A DNA stretch of 63,708 nt, filler included, from Octopus bimaculoides (GCF_001194135.2; 8 parts of 7 records of this genome joined end to end with filler, not necessarily neighbours in it); one strand, 5' to 3'; positions 21,205 to 34,373 are shown, numbered from the whole stretch's first letter. A program made the numbers and translations. Notes: generated by a model not told the origin, from the sequence alone.

Positions 21205-23200
21205 TTAAATATATGCCCAGTCATCATAGATTGACCTATGGTTTTGCATCCACAAAGCGCTTAGTTTTATAGACGACTCGTCAGATTCCAAATGGCCGCG
21301 GGCATATAACCACTCTTCAAACTGGAAGTAGAAAACCGGTACGGTTAGAGGTGCTAACAGGCCCACTCTTGATCGACTTAGATAAGACCTGACTACCACC
21401 CTAAGCTCCATGGGACTCAAACTAACAATTGAGACCAACCTCACCATCGTAAACTTCCTAGATGTCGCGCTTGACTCGGGTTCCTGTTCATTCAGGTCCT
21501 ACAGTAAACCATACGAGAGACTATCCTACATCAACACAGCCTTCTGCCACCCGTCTATCGAGTTCAGGAACCTAGTGAAGGGTGTTAGCAAAAGTATCTC
21601 GAATCTGTTCTCGAATCAAGAAATTTTCGACGCCACTGTCCCCTATTACAACAAGCCCTGGCGTCCAGTGGATTTAAGGACCGCATCTCGTGTATGCTGG
21701 GCCCCAGCACCCTCAAAAAGAAGTGCCGCCGGAACATCATTTGGTTTGCACTACCCTTTTCGGTCAACATTAAAACTCGTGTGGGAAGAATATTCTTTGG
21801 ATTAATAGACAAGCACTTCACGCAGTCACACAGGAACGGAAATTTGTTCAATAGGCACAACCTAAGGGTTTCCGTTAGTTGCGTACCTGACAATAAACGT
21901 GAGCAGCGGCCGGTTGCTCATGCAGGGTGTACACTGACTACCCAGTGATGGCTGTGTGAGGGAGTCGTATATGGGAGATGTGGGAGTCGTACATGAGGCT
22001 GTGGTAGTATCCAGCCCTAACAACCAAAGTAATAGCAGAAGCGGCTTATCCAACAACATCGACAACAATGGCAACGGTAGAAATGGCGGCGGCAGCAGCG
22101 GCGGTAGCAGCAGCAACATATTAAGCAGCAGAAACATCAGCATCGACAACTACGACCGTAGCTGCTTATCCAACAACATCGACGACAATAATGGCAACGA
22201 GGGAGGGTGGCAGCGGCAGCAACGCGTTAAGCGGCAGAAACATCAGCACTGACAACAACGACAGCAACAACCGCAGCACAAGCGCTGGCACCAGCACCAG
22301 CACCAGCAGCACCAGCAGAGCTATCAGTCCCAGGCTCAGAATTAACAGCGACGACAATCACAACACCATCGGCAGCAAAAGCAGCAACACCAACACCAAT
22401 ACTACTACCGGAGATGACTACTGCAACAACGACAGTGGCATTGCCGAATTCCACGCCCTGTAATAACAGCACCGATGACAGTTCCAACAACAGCAGTGGC
22501 AACAACAACACTTTCAGACCCGGAGCCAACAGAAGATGCACCAGATACGAGAAAACAGCCAGCATTCAAGTTCCGAGACACATCGGGTCGGCCGGAACTG
22601 CTTTCAAGCAGCGCCTGTACAACCACAGGTCCTCTTTTAGGATTCCGGAAAAACGCTATGTCACGCCCTTGGACAGCCACTTGTGGCGCCTTAAGGATGA
22701 AGGAGCTCCAAACGAAATTAAATGGGAGATAGTAGAGCAGCGGGATCCTATATAAACGGGAGAAGATGATGCAAGCTTTACATAATAAAGCAGGCAAGAA
22801 TCCTTAACGACTCAATGGACCCGAGGTCATCTTAATCTCAAGACACGAGATTAAGAGAGAAAATCTATGACCCCTGCCCCCATTTCAAATGTTACATACT
22901 GTAGGCGTAGAATTTTCCGTTTGTCGATTAGGCTGTTAAAAGTATTTGCGCACCGGAACCAACCTAAGGGCAGATATTCCTCATTTGCCCTTTAGGTCCA
23001 TAGAATTTGCTGAATAAACCAGTCTAAGGACGATAACCCGTTCTGTTTAAGGCTCAGACGGTGTATATTATTCTTTTGTTTACCGCAACTGTTTTCACCC
23101 TCCAGTTTGAAGAGAGGTAATATATCCTCGGCCATTGGAGTTTGACGATGCGAAACCATTGGTCACTCTGTGAACGGTCATATATGTAACTTCATATATA
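21205..23200 (+). mobile_element. Penelope-like element remnant: RT C-terminus/thumb, linker, GIY-YIG with internal insert, 3' UTR with hammerhead-like motifs
   Basis: GLKLTIETNLTIVNFLDV...HPS...SISNLFSNQEIF; RRNIIWFALPFSVNIKTRVGRIFFGLIDKHF; HIGSAGTAFKQRLYNHRSSF...HLWRLKDE...IKWEIVE; frameshifted. Confidence 0.85.
23137..23169 (+). ncRNA. Degenerate hammerhead motif at the Penelope-like 3' end
   Basis: GGAGU UUGACGA UGC GAAA CCAUUGG UC ACUCU: stems I and III pair, stem II missing; partial copy with stem II (UUGAAGA GAGG uaauauau CCUC) at 23107-23138. Confidence 0.45.
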
Positions 23201-23229
23201 TATATATATATATATATCCTCTTTAATAT

Positions 23230-23400
23230 TTTGCTTGTGTCACTCATCAGGCTACAGCCGTTCTGAGGCACCGTCTTGAATGGTTTACTTATCTTTTCAA
23301 GATCGGTGGGTTACAGGAACGCAAATAAACCAACACTGGTTGTCAAGTTATGGTAGAGAAACAAACATACACACAGATACATACATAAATATGTGTGCTT
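23230..23400 (-). mobile_element. SINE family B, 3' part
   Basis: gaggcaccgtcttgaa...aaaccaacactggttgtcaag...aaacaaacatacacacag. Confidence 0.55.
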
Positions 23401-23423
23401 GTTTGTTTGTTTGTTTGCTTGTT

Positions 23424-23467
<44 letters not shown>

Positions 23468-23479
23468 TGTGTGTGTGTG

Positions 23480-23765
23480 TTTTATGGTCTCTCCTGATGT
23501 TAACCAACGAGTGAAGCTTTTCAATTACTTGCTGAACAACTACACAAGCGCTTTGTTTATAGTGATCGAATGTTTGTGTTCACATAAGCTCTCTCACGCC
23601 ACCAAGCCGATATTGTCTGTACAGGTGCACAAGTGTGCCACGCGTCAGGTGTGGAGATAAAGTGTTTTTCTCAAGAACACAATACGCCACCCGGCCATGG
23701 ATTCGAAACCACAATTTCGCGGAAGTCAGTGCAACACTATAACCATTAGTCCATGTACGCTTACT
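23480..23765 (-). mobile_element. SINE family C
   Basis: gtggagataaagtgtttttctcaagaacacaatacgcc...ggattcgaaaccacaat. Confidence 0.6.
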
Positions 23766-23842
23766 TATGCGCACACACGCACACACATATACACGCACGC
23801 ACGCACGCATGCACACACAAACGCACACATGCGCGCGCGAGA

Positions 23843-23996
23843 GCGATGGGCCTCCACATTTTGCGTCTTCCAAATTCAGTGACAGGTTCATTAGAAGACA
23901 CTGTAGAAGACACTTGCCCAAGATACCGCGGAGTGGGATTGAACGAAAAACCAACTCGTTGCAAACAAACGTCTTAGACAGTCATGTTAGCGTCTA
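23843..23996 (-). mobile_element. SINE family B, head, degenerate
   Basis: ctgtagaagacacttgcccaagataccgcggagtgggattgaac. Confidence 0.65.
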
Positions 23997-24010
23997 TAAA
24001 AAGAAGGTTC

Positions 24011-24125
24011 TGCCCTGGATGAGGCTCGAACTCACAAACTCCGCTTATCTACTGACTTGTTAATAACAAAAGGAAGGTATTATCTATAAGTACGCCACGC
24101 TGACCGTTCTTATAGACACCAAGGA
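24011..24125 (-). pseudogene. tRNA-Ile(TAT)-like pseudogene with a 36-nt intron (24049-24084)
   Basis: Minus strand tccttgg...gcgta CT TAT A [intron] A taagc ggagttt gtgag TTCGAGC ctcat ccagggc A, then a T5 run; acceptor 6/7, anticodon stem 4/5, D arm/A box disrupted. Confidence 0.6.
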
Positions 24126-24131
24126 AGTTTT

Positions 24132-24177
<46 letters not shown>

Positions 24178-24524
24178 ACACGCACACACACACACACACA
24201 CACAAATATATATTACAAGGGCGTAAACAAACCAGCAACATTTGTCAAGTGGTTGGAGACAAAAATGGGCACAAAGACACACGCATACACACATATATNN
24301 NNNNNNNNNNNNNNNNNNNNNNNNNNNNNNNNNNNNNNNNNNNNNNNNNNNNNNNNNNNNNNNNNNNNNNNNNNNNNNNNNNNNNNNNNNNNNNNNNNNN
24401 NNNNNNNNNNNNNNNNNNNNNNNNNNNNNNNNNNNNNNNNNNNNNNNNNNNNNNNNNNNNNNNNNNNNNNNNNNNNNNNNNNNNNNNNNNNNNNNNNNNN
24501 NNNNNNNNNNNNNCTATTCAACAA

Positions 24525-24665
24525 TACCCTGAGATCAAGTCCCGCTGAGGCCAACTCTGCCTTCCACCCTTCTAGGGTTGATAAAATAACATACCAGTTA
24601 AGTACTGGAGTCGATATAATCAACTGACTTCTCTAAATCTTTGGCGTTGTGTCGTTATATGAAAG
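24525..24665 (+). mobile_element. SINE family A-like, 3' part
   Basis: gagatcaagtcccgctgaggccaactctgccttcc...gttgataaaataacataccagttaagtactggagtcgat. Confidence 0.6.
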
Positions 24666-24764
24666 CAATTATGAAAGCAATTATTCAACGTTATTGAAAT
24701 GCATTCAATTATATATTATCTATTCGATTATATATTTTCTTGACTCAGAAACAAGTCCCTGAAT

Positions 24765-24885
24765 GCAGACTAAAGCTGGGTGGGGAAGCTTGTCTCCCCT
24801 TCACAAATATAAGGACACAGGAAATGTGTCAGAACCAATAGGAAGCGGTCTAGCTTCCTAGGGCTAAATAGCAGCAGTATGATTC
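24765..24885 (+). repeat. Second copy of the 45-205 repeat, without the inverted arm
   Basis: gcagactaaagctgggtggggaagcttgtctccccttcacaaatataaggacacagg...gcagcagtatgattc. Confidence 0.85.
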
Positions 24886-25236
24886 CCATAATGGGTTTGT
24901 CACATTAAGTCGACAGTAAACAACTGCTTTATATATTTTCTGTTTACGAATTAAAATATATCCTATACATCGTTTCAGCACTTCTAGTATAGAAACCGGG
25001 CCCATGAGCCTGGCTAGGCTTGAAAAAGGGCGTAAAGAAGGATGTGTGTTAAAAAATCCTATTTTAGTTAAGTATTCACCCTTTCAGCATTTTTTAAAAT
25101 TAAAATTCTTACATACACCTCATTATTTATATTACTGCATTTATCTATCATTATCCTACTGTATACATACATACATACATACATACATAAATACATACAT
25201 ACATACATATTGTTTGTATGTATATACATCTCTCTC

Positions 25237-25306
<70 letters not shown>

Positions 25307-28184
25307 ACGTACACACATTTCGAGGTAGTGGTTTTATTATGACACCGATTACTCCAGCCATGGGCCTGTGAATGATGTTTCCATACCCTGCTGTTATCAG
25401 AAAGAAACGCAAGTGCAGTTGGACAAGCTGAATTAAGTAAGATCGTCAATACAGTTCACAGTAGAAAAGAACATTGAACTGGTCTCTGAGTGTGTGGATA
25501 ATTTGCACAAAGTATGAATTCGCAAGATCACAGTCAACGAAAAATATTCGAACTTCAATTTCTACTTTCCATTGAGCGTGAAGAAAGGTATCGTTTGCAG
25601 CTTACAACATTGAGCAACGCTCATTACCATTTTAAAGAACGAGAGAAAAAGTAGTAAATACTAGAGTTGTGCAAAAAAAGTTTATTTAAGCTTATCCAGA
25701 GGCTTGTTACTCAGGTTTTTCCCAATGTGCTGTCAGCTCCTCAAACAAAAGCACACAGAATGTGGTCTATTTTAAGTTTGAGAAATTGACAACAGGTCAA
25801 AGAAACGGAGAGTAACACGCCAAGGGTTGGATCAACCAGTTTGTCTCCTTATCATATATTTGCGACCGCACGGCTTTTTTTGTTGTATATGTATATATTT
25901 TTGTTTTATATGCATATTTTATTTTGTCGCATTTGTTTTCATCATTGTCCTATACGTTCGTTAGTTATTTCCAGTGGCTTTTCACCACTGGCGCCACCAA
26001 AAGTGAACAACATCAACGTTAAAGGCGCGAAATCGTAAGGGTCTTTTGAACGTTGACTGATGAGGAAATCTTGCGAAGGTTAGCTTTGCTTTTTGTCTTT
26101 CTGCTGTTAATAAAATAAACTATCAATTAAATACTGTGATCGATTAGCGATTTTTATACAAAGTTGAAGAATATATATTAATTGAAAACCTTCTAAATTG
26201 CGGTATTTGTCTTGAGAAAGTATCTCTAACAGACATATAATGTTAAAGACACAGGAAAATATCAGCAGCAAGCAAAGGTCTTCCAGCATTGGTGGTGAGA
26301 GTGCTGGATCTAGATTTCTGCTTGTTAGCTTCATCAGCAGCAAATATTCATGACACCTCATGTAAAGCCAACACCGGTTATTAGCTGATATCGTTAAACA
26401 GTGAGTGAAAGGTAACTGATATCGCTTTTAGCCATCAAGCTGAACAAACTTTTACTATTAGCTACAAAAGTTGTATTAGTTCAAAATTAGCGATCTGTAT
26501 GCATATTTAAAGTGGATTTATGTCGATAGCCTTCTGATTTATGATATTCAATATAAGTGACTGTCCCCTCTTCAGAAATTACTGGTTGTATGTGTATATG
26601 TGAGAAATCATTATTACCTTATACTTGAATTTTTGTTGCATTATATTTATTTCGACACTGTTATTCCATTACCATCACCACCATGTTGTATTTTACCATT
26701 CTGTTTATCACGTTCCTGTCAATGGTCAAGCTGTATTCGTCTCACATATTTCACGCATCTTACACTCCACAAAAATATCATTTTTATCTGAAAATTTTAA
26801 TGTTTTACTAAAAATAACAATTTTAAAAGAAAGAATTATAAACTACTTTTAACATTTTAGTTCGTCTCTTAAACTTCTGACAGAATTGTCTTTTTTTTCT
26901 TCCAATCCCTTCCACAATTTTATTAACTTTTGTCCTTGGAATTTCATCTTTTTTGGTCTGAGTATTTTTCCTTCATGTTTCATTGAGAAATAAAAAATAT
27001 CCTCTCATTGCAATGAAAAATGTTTTTTTTTAAAATTCATTTATAATTTTAAAATTTACTTTTATGTTATGTGTCGATGTTTCAACATATATCTAATGAA
27101 CACTTCAAGTTATGTTGTCAGTTTGTTGTTGTTGTTCAGACCTCAGGTCAGCTGTGATTTAAACATTCATAATCAAATGTCTTCAAGCCCTTGTCCAACG
27201 TATCCTTTTTTTTTATTGAAGACAATAAGATGTAATTTGAGATTTGTTCTGCTATTTATAGCAAATGAAGTGACCACACAAGGAGGCCGCTTTCGTTAGG
27301 TGACTGCTATTTGAGGATTTCAATGAGTTGGTGAGACCCTGGTAAACCAAATGACGTGTGTTTGAGGTTTTAAGCACATATTTATAATCTCTTATTAATT
27401 CAGAAACATTGATTCACTGCAGATAAGATACAAATTACTGAGACAAAGATGATATTAGTCTCTATTATTGAAGACATAAATCTCTATTGTTAAGGCACTT
27501 CATCTTTGATACTAAAACTGTTTCAATAGACATAAGTTTTTGTTGAATGTTTAAGATATGACAGATATTTTTGTTGGTCTTATCTGATTAAATCCAGGTC
27601 TATATTGGTCTCAGTTGATAGGAGAACATTGGTCACCATCAGTCAGTTGTTAAAATAAAAATTCATATTGGTTTATATTGATCAGTATTGATAACGCAAA
27701 GGTGTGTATTGATCCGTATTGTTAAAAGACAAATCAATCTTAATGAGTTTTTATCTATGTTGGTATGATTGTATGATTTAGGCTTCATTTGTAAGACACA
27801 TTTGTGAAGTAGCCTGTCGTAGTAATACAAATTGTTCTGCATTGATAATATTAGTAGTTGGTTAGTATTACTAAGATACTGGTCTATATTGTTCTCTATT
27901 CTAAGACAGAGGTCTGCATTGTAAAAAAGAAAAACAAACAAACAAGGGTTCTATACTGATCTATGTTAGTAAGACAAGAAGCTATACTTCATGAGACATA
28001 GATACAACTGGATGTAAATAGGATCAAGTTACCAACACAGATGCAGCAGGTCTATCTTGTAATGCATATTTCGTATGTAATGTTTTTAAAATTACAGATG
28101 GTGTGTATACTTTATATATCTGTGGGCTTATATGACGTATTATCCGATGTATATATACATGTCTGTAAATTGCAAATAATGAAA

Positions 28185-28239
<55 letters not shown>

Positions 28240-29038
28240 CGTAGGTATATANNNNNNNNNNNNNNNNNNNNNNNNNNNNTATATATATATATATATGTAT
28301 ATCGAGGCTGTACATATGTTTTTTTGAAGATGAGAGAAAAAGTGTTATTGAAGCTATTATTAATTAACATAATAACTAACATAATGTTGTTTTTGTTGTT
28401 GTTGTAGTCATTGTTTATGTTGTTTATGTTATTTATGCTTCTATTGTTGATATTGATGTTGTCATCATTGTCGTGAGATTAAAGTACCAAATATGTGTAT
28501 CAAAATTATTCGTCATAATGTTGCAATGAATAAATGAATAATTACTGAATGAACGTAGATTATGGAAGTATAATGAAAAAATGCAGCACATCAGCATGGC
28601 CACAACCAACTGAAGAACTAAAGTAACATGTTAAAAAACCCCACCATGATACACTGAAAAATTGTTAAGGCACATAAGAAGTTTGCTCGAGAAGAAATCT
28701 CTAACAGTTTTTTCTCTCTCTTAGTTATGTTGCAATGCTCCCAGAGTTCGTATTAATCGGAGGATGGAAGCACATTTATTTCTCTTCACGTTGCTTCTTG
28801 AGGATGAAATCTACCTCTCAATATTATAGAGGTATCTTGAAGATTTCTCTTTCTCTTTTGCGAATTTCCAGTTTTGTTTTCATTTGAATAAAAAGTCTTT
28901 TGAAAGACACTCATCTTAACATGTTCTTAAAAATTCAATGTGGTAATCGAAGACGTCTTGACCAATTTCAGTCGATAAGAGTGAACAAATCGTCTGGGAT
29001 GATTGCTGAAAAATCAAATGAGGAAGATGTAAGTCCGT

Positions 29039-29070
<32 letters not shown>

Positions 29071-29170
29071 NNNNNNNNNNNNNNNNNNNNNNNNNNNNNN
29101 NNNNNNNNNNNNNNTTAATTAATTAANNNNNNNNNNNNNNNNNNNNNNNNNNNNNNNNNNNNNNNNNNNN

Positions 29171-29626
29171 GATAGAGAAATTAAGGCAAATAGACCAGAT
29201 ATAGTTGTCAAAGACCATGAAGAAAAAAAATGCTTTCTAATTGATGTATCAATACCAGCAGATGACAACGTTTCTCTAAAAGAAATGGAAAAAATTTCAA
29301 AATACAATGACCTAGAAATAGAGATAACTCGAATGTGGAATCTAAAAACAGAAAGAATTCCTATCGTAGTAGGTGCCTTAGGTATAATAAAAAAAATATT
29401 CAGACAAATACATAACAAAAAGAGCAGGACTTACAAATATATATAACATACAGAAAATTGCACTACTGGGTAATGCACACATTTTTCGCAAAACACTCTC
29501 AATACAGTAAGCATAAGAGCACCACAGCAAACCACAGCACATACCCAAGGCGCACAGAGCTGCGCTCGGTAGTGAAGTGAAAGCACTTATAAAAATAAAA
29601 CTACTGAACAATAATAATAATAATAA
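29171..29626 (+). mobile_element. R4/Dong-like RLE domain, 3' UTR and (TAA)n tail (family 1); starts at a contig edge
   Basis: DREIKANRPDIVVKDHEEKKCFLIDVSIPADDNVSLKEMEKISKYNDLEIEITRMWNLKTERIPIVVGALG; one extra A in an A run; stop at 29508-29510. Confidence 0.85.
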
Positions 29627-29742
29627 ATGGAGCAAAAGAGACAGGCAGAATAAGTTCTAGGCTTACAAAAAATAAGTCCTGGCGCCGATTTGTTCGCCTT
29701 GAGGCGGTGCTGCACCATGGACGCAGTCAAATGACTGAAACA
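29627..29742 (+). mobile_element. SINE family B, 3' part
   Basis: aataagttctaggcttacaaaaaataagtcctgg...ggcggtgctgcaccatggacgcagtcaaatgactgaaaca. Confidence 0.75.
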
Positions 29743-31610
29743 TATATATATATATCTATATATATTCGTCAACGTTAGTAATGCCTTTGCCAATGCGGAG
29801 ATATTTCGGTTATTGATAACCGTTCACGTTGATATCTAAGAGATTTGTGTTAATGGCTATGCCAGTGTGAACTGATGCATTTCAGATTACGTCCACGTTA
29901 TCACTCTATTACATCACCGTCATTTCTTGAACATGTTTCAAATCTGACTTATATGTATTTATTTTCCTTATACGGATATGATTTCCAGTCCCTGAAAGTA
30001 ACAATCTGTTATGGCTGAGACTGGGCAGCTAGAAATAATGATTTCTTTTTTCTTCGCGATATTCGCATACTGTGTTAAATTATCGGTTGTTTAAGCATGA
30101 ATTTTTTGCAGTTCCTCATTGAAATCAGTAAATTTTGTAGCTTTGTATCTCAATCACACATCCTCAGCTCAAAATATTACAGACTCTGCCGATTTAGAAT
30201 TATGTGCATCTGTACTGCTTAGTATATTTATATATAGAATATGTTGCAGATTTCCTGTTAACATATAATTTTAAAATTTCACTTTTCTCTTTGTTTCATT
30301 ATTTCAATACTTTCTTTTTAAAGCATTGTCTTCAGAACTGACTTTTACGTTCGAGGTTCCTTGAAGAATGCAAACAATAATGTTTTAGTTCATTTTTGTA
30401 TGTGTTTGTATTAGTTTCAATGATATTTTTTTGGCTAGATATCTCCGTCGTATTATAGAAGTTATTTTATAATTAGTTTATAGTCGCAGAAATGTCCCTT
30501 ATCTTCTCGTAATTATCTTAAAAATACCTCTGCGTCGACCGTTGAAGGGTGTATTCTAAATGCAGCCATTGTTTGTCTTGTTTCTGTGTCTTGTCTTTGT
30601 CTGGACTTGCAAATTGAATTTCCTTCTAGTTCTGAGTGTAACGGAAACATATTATTTGAAATACCTAGGGTATTGATACCTAACAAGCTGCTTCTGGCGT
30701 TTAGCTCTGTATTAGGTATTATAATTCTGTTGCTTATTTCTTACTACAAATTTAGCGCGGTTCAATTGTTTTAGAGATTTTTTTCACTTCGGTCATTTTC
30801 TTATATTGCTCTTTGGTTATTTTATAAGTATACATATGTGCTTCTCCTTTTTTCTCATTAGTGTCTTATTGCTAGAGTGAATTATTTTATTGCTTGTACC
30901 GCTATCTATACTTCTTTTCTATATTCGTATTTTCCTTCCGTTTAGATCTCATAAAAGATGTTACAGAATGTGTCTATTTTATAGACAGATAAGTAGCTAA
31001 TCAATTTTTTTCAAAACATTTTCCTTGGAGGACATTGATGATGGTCATATCTATTTTAACTATGTCAAAGATAGCCATGAATACCTTTTTGTATTCTTCA
31101 GACTTATTAGCCGTTAAACTTTTATTTGAGAGGGTCTTTCGTTCCTCATTAGAAGTATATATTCCCATTGTTTCTATCTCTTTTTTTTTTTTTACTAATT
31201 TCCTATTATTCACCACGATGATAATACTCCCAAACTAATTTGCTCTGTGCAATGTATAATACTATATTAATTGGTGCCGTCGCTTGCTAGGCCCGGGGTT
31301 AAGAAATCCCATCTTTTTAGTTGGCAACAGCTGCTGTTTCTAAGATTGTATGCATCATAGGGGAAAAGATGAGGCTAACACACAGACACATGTATATATN
31401 NNNNNNNNNNNNNNNNNNNNNNNNNNNNNNNNNNNNNNNNNNNNNNNNNNNNNNNNNNNNNNNNNNNNNNNNNNNNNNNNNNNNNNNNNNNNNNNNNNNN
31501 NNNNNNNNNNNNNNNNNNNNNNNNNNNNNNNNNNNNNNNNNNNNNNNNNNNNNNNNNNNNNNNNNNNNNNNNNNNNNNNNNNNNNNNNNNNNNNNNNNNN
31601 NNNNNNNNNN

Positions 31611-32352
31611 AACTTTGACAGCTGCTCATTTTGTGCTTTATAAATCGTTATTTTATTTTTGCTATTTTTTTTTAGAGATGGATAAGTCAGAAATTCGTAC
31701 AGTTTTCAAATATATCTTGGAAATATGTCATCACAGACAGCTCGGAATATAAATGGAATGCCTTAATCTAATGGTATTACACAACAGACAGTATCAAATT
31801 GGTTTGCAAAATTTCGTTCTGGTAATTTTGACCTCACAAATGAGCAACGCGGTCGACCAGAAACAAAGGTGGATAATGACGAATTGAAAGCCACCGCCGA
31901 GTCAGTTTCATCTCAAAGTACTCGTGAATTATCGTTGCTGTTTGATGTTAGCAAGCAAACAATATTGACTCACTTAGTTCAAATCGGTAAAGTGAAAGAT
32001 TTGGAGAAATGGGTTCCATATGAACTCAAGAAAAAGCAGAATTAGCAAAGTTTGGAAGCCTGCATTATGCTACTTTCTCGTCACAAAAATGAATATTGTT
32101 TGAATCGAATTGTAACATGTGATGAGAAATGGATCCAATACAACAGCCGTAAACGTTCCGTAAAATGCTTAGATACAGACGAACCAATAAAACAGTCCAA
32201 AGGCAAAATTCATCCAAAGAAGCTGATGATGTGTATTTGGTGGTCTGGCGCAGGTGTGATCAAATATGATTTCATTAAACCTTCATTCACGGCTGAAGTA
32301 TACTGCAGCCAAATGGACCAAATAATGCAGAAACTTACAAAAATACTAGTCT
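31611..32352 (+). mobile_element. mariner transposase, N-terminal two-thirds, pseudogene
   Basis: MDKSEIRTVFKY...WFAKFRSGNFDLTNEQRGRPE...KWVPYEL...RIVTCDEKWIQYNSRKRS...HPKKLMMCIWW. Confidence 0.9.
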
Positions 32353-33541
32353 AGATTATACGTAAATCAACATGAATGGTATTTGTTATAACGGTACTAC
32401 TTTCATGCTCTGCTGAGGTCACTGTTGGTCGGATTTATCCAGTTACGTCATACCTTTCGAATCTACATTGTGTACTGTGATTCTTACAGGATATTTTGTG
32501 TTAGAGTATTTGGTGTTTTGTAAGTTGATGGGCGCGTATTGCCTTTCTGTTATAAATAAGATCCATGGCGAAGGATTGTGAATTTCGATAACTCACCTTA
32601 TGGAAATTCTTCTGGCATTTCGTTTGCTTCATTCAGATCCGATCCACCGGGATCATCTCTGTCCGTCATCCTTCCGGAATCGATAAGATAAAGTACCTGT
32701 TAAGTAGTTGGGTCGATGTAATCGTCTAACCCATGTCTCTCATACTTTCTTGTCTTGTGTTTAAATTCGGAACTAATATTTCAACAATATAATATTCTCA
32801 CGATGATAATTCCTGTAACTTCAACTCACTTGTGACTCTGAATATTTACAAATTACAGAATGTTATTCTGCTACAACATTGTGTCTGATTAATTGTGCAT
32901 GAGGTATATGGAGGCATTTTGACAACATGATATAACACTGTTTTTTGACCACATACCATTTTCATTAACTACACGCCTATTATTCAGATGAATCATTGTA
33001 GATCGACTGCTATTCAAAATATATTGAATAAAATAGGAATTATTCATGCTTTTTTTAGAAATATATATATATATATATTTGAATATTAGAGTCCGATTAC
33101 ATTATCTCACTATTCGAAAATTGTTATTCCTATTTGTAAATACAGCTTATACGAAACGAGTTTTAAACATTGTACATTTAAACGAAAGAGATTCTCTTAG
33201 CGGCATTAAGTGTCAGATGCATGACGGAAGGAAGGCAACCTAACAGTACATTGGCAGAGCTTCAAACATCATTCAGCGTGAATACTTGCCGATAGATAGA
33301 GACAGATCTACATTGAATGCAGGAATAAATATGGTAGATACCTGCCTAGAGGCGAACATTTCTGTATTTGGAAAGACTACAAACGAGGGCTACTGTAAAA
33401 AAGGTCGATAAGAAATGGTCCTTATCATCTTTTGTTCAACGAGAAAATAAACACTGAGCAGTAGATGATTGCTGGATGAAACTAAACTGAGTGAGAACCC
33501 CTTAACAAAAGAAAGGAAAAGGAAATAGAAAGCACAGGGAT

Positions 33542-33745
33542 AATCTTTTTTACTCTAGGCACAAGGCCAAAATTTTTGAGGAGGAGGACAGTCGATTAGA
33601 TTGACCCCAGTACACAGCTGGTACTTAATTCATCGACCCAAAATGGATGAAAGGCAAAACCGACCTCGGCGGAATTTGAACACAGAACGTAAAGGTAGAC
33701 GAACTATCGCTAAGCTTTTCACCCGGTGTGCTACCGTTTCTGCCA
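33542..33745 (-). mobile_element. SINE family A
   Basis: ttactctaggcacaaggcc...gaccccagtacacagctggtac...cgacctcggcggaatttgaac. Confidence 0.85.
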
Positions 33746-34373
33746 GAACGCAACCTTAAAAGCAAAGAGATAATGGTGAGAAAATGTGTGAGAAGGCACA
33801 CAACCTGCGCTACATGGAAACGAAAGTACAGGATTTTGTTGCAAAATGCAGAAACCGTAAAACAAACAAAGAAACTGTTAGACGAAAAAACAAACTGTGA
33901 AACAAACTGGACGAAGACAAATGAAATAGCATTATTAACAAGCTATTAATGTGCGGCTGAGATTGGTTCTGATTTTGTGTGACATTGTGACATCCAAAAA
34001 GCATATTGCTAATGAAAACCAGACGAACATTCTCAGAGTCATAATTCTGCTGTTCTGTGCCATGTCAAGGGATTTCTCACGTAGTCGGACACCAAAGATG
34101 CTTTCGGTCATATCTGATAAAACAAATTTCAAAGCATGTACGTACGGTGGCATGTACGTATTTCGTCGCATGTTTACTGGTTGGTCCTCACTGATATTTT
34201 GGCAAGTTTTCCCAATTGCCTTTGTGAATTTTTGTTAATGTTTTCAATAATGCTTTACATGATTTATCCTACTTTTATCATATTTTCAATAAATGTTATG
34301 ACGCTTTCATTCTATGACACCCTTTCGTAAATAACTTCTAATATCCAAGATGAAAATGTTTTGTGAAATAAAT

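Noticed and set aside
26063-26085. CTGATGA core-like heptamer
   Set aside because: No pairing stem II and no GAAA.
32560-32665. Strong donor site AAG|GTGAGT on the minus strand
   Set aside because: No pyrimidine-rich acceptor, stops in the candidate frames, upstream sequence is SINE.
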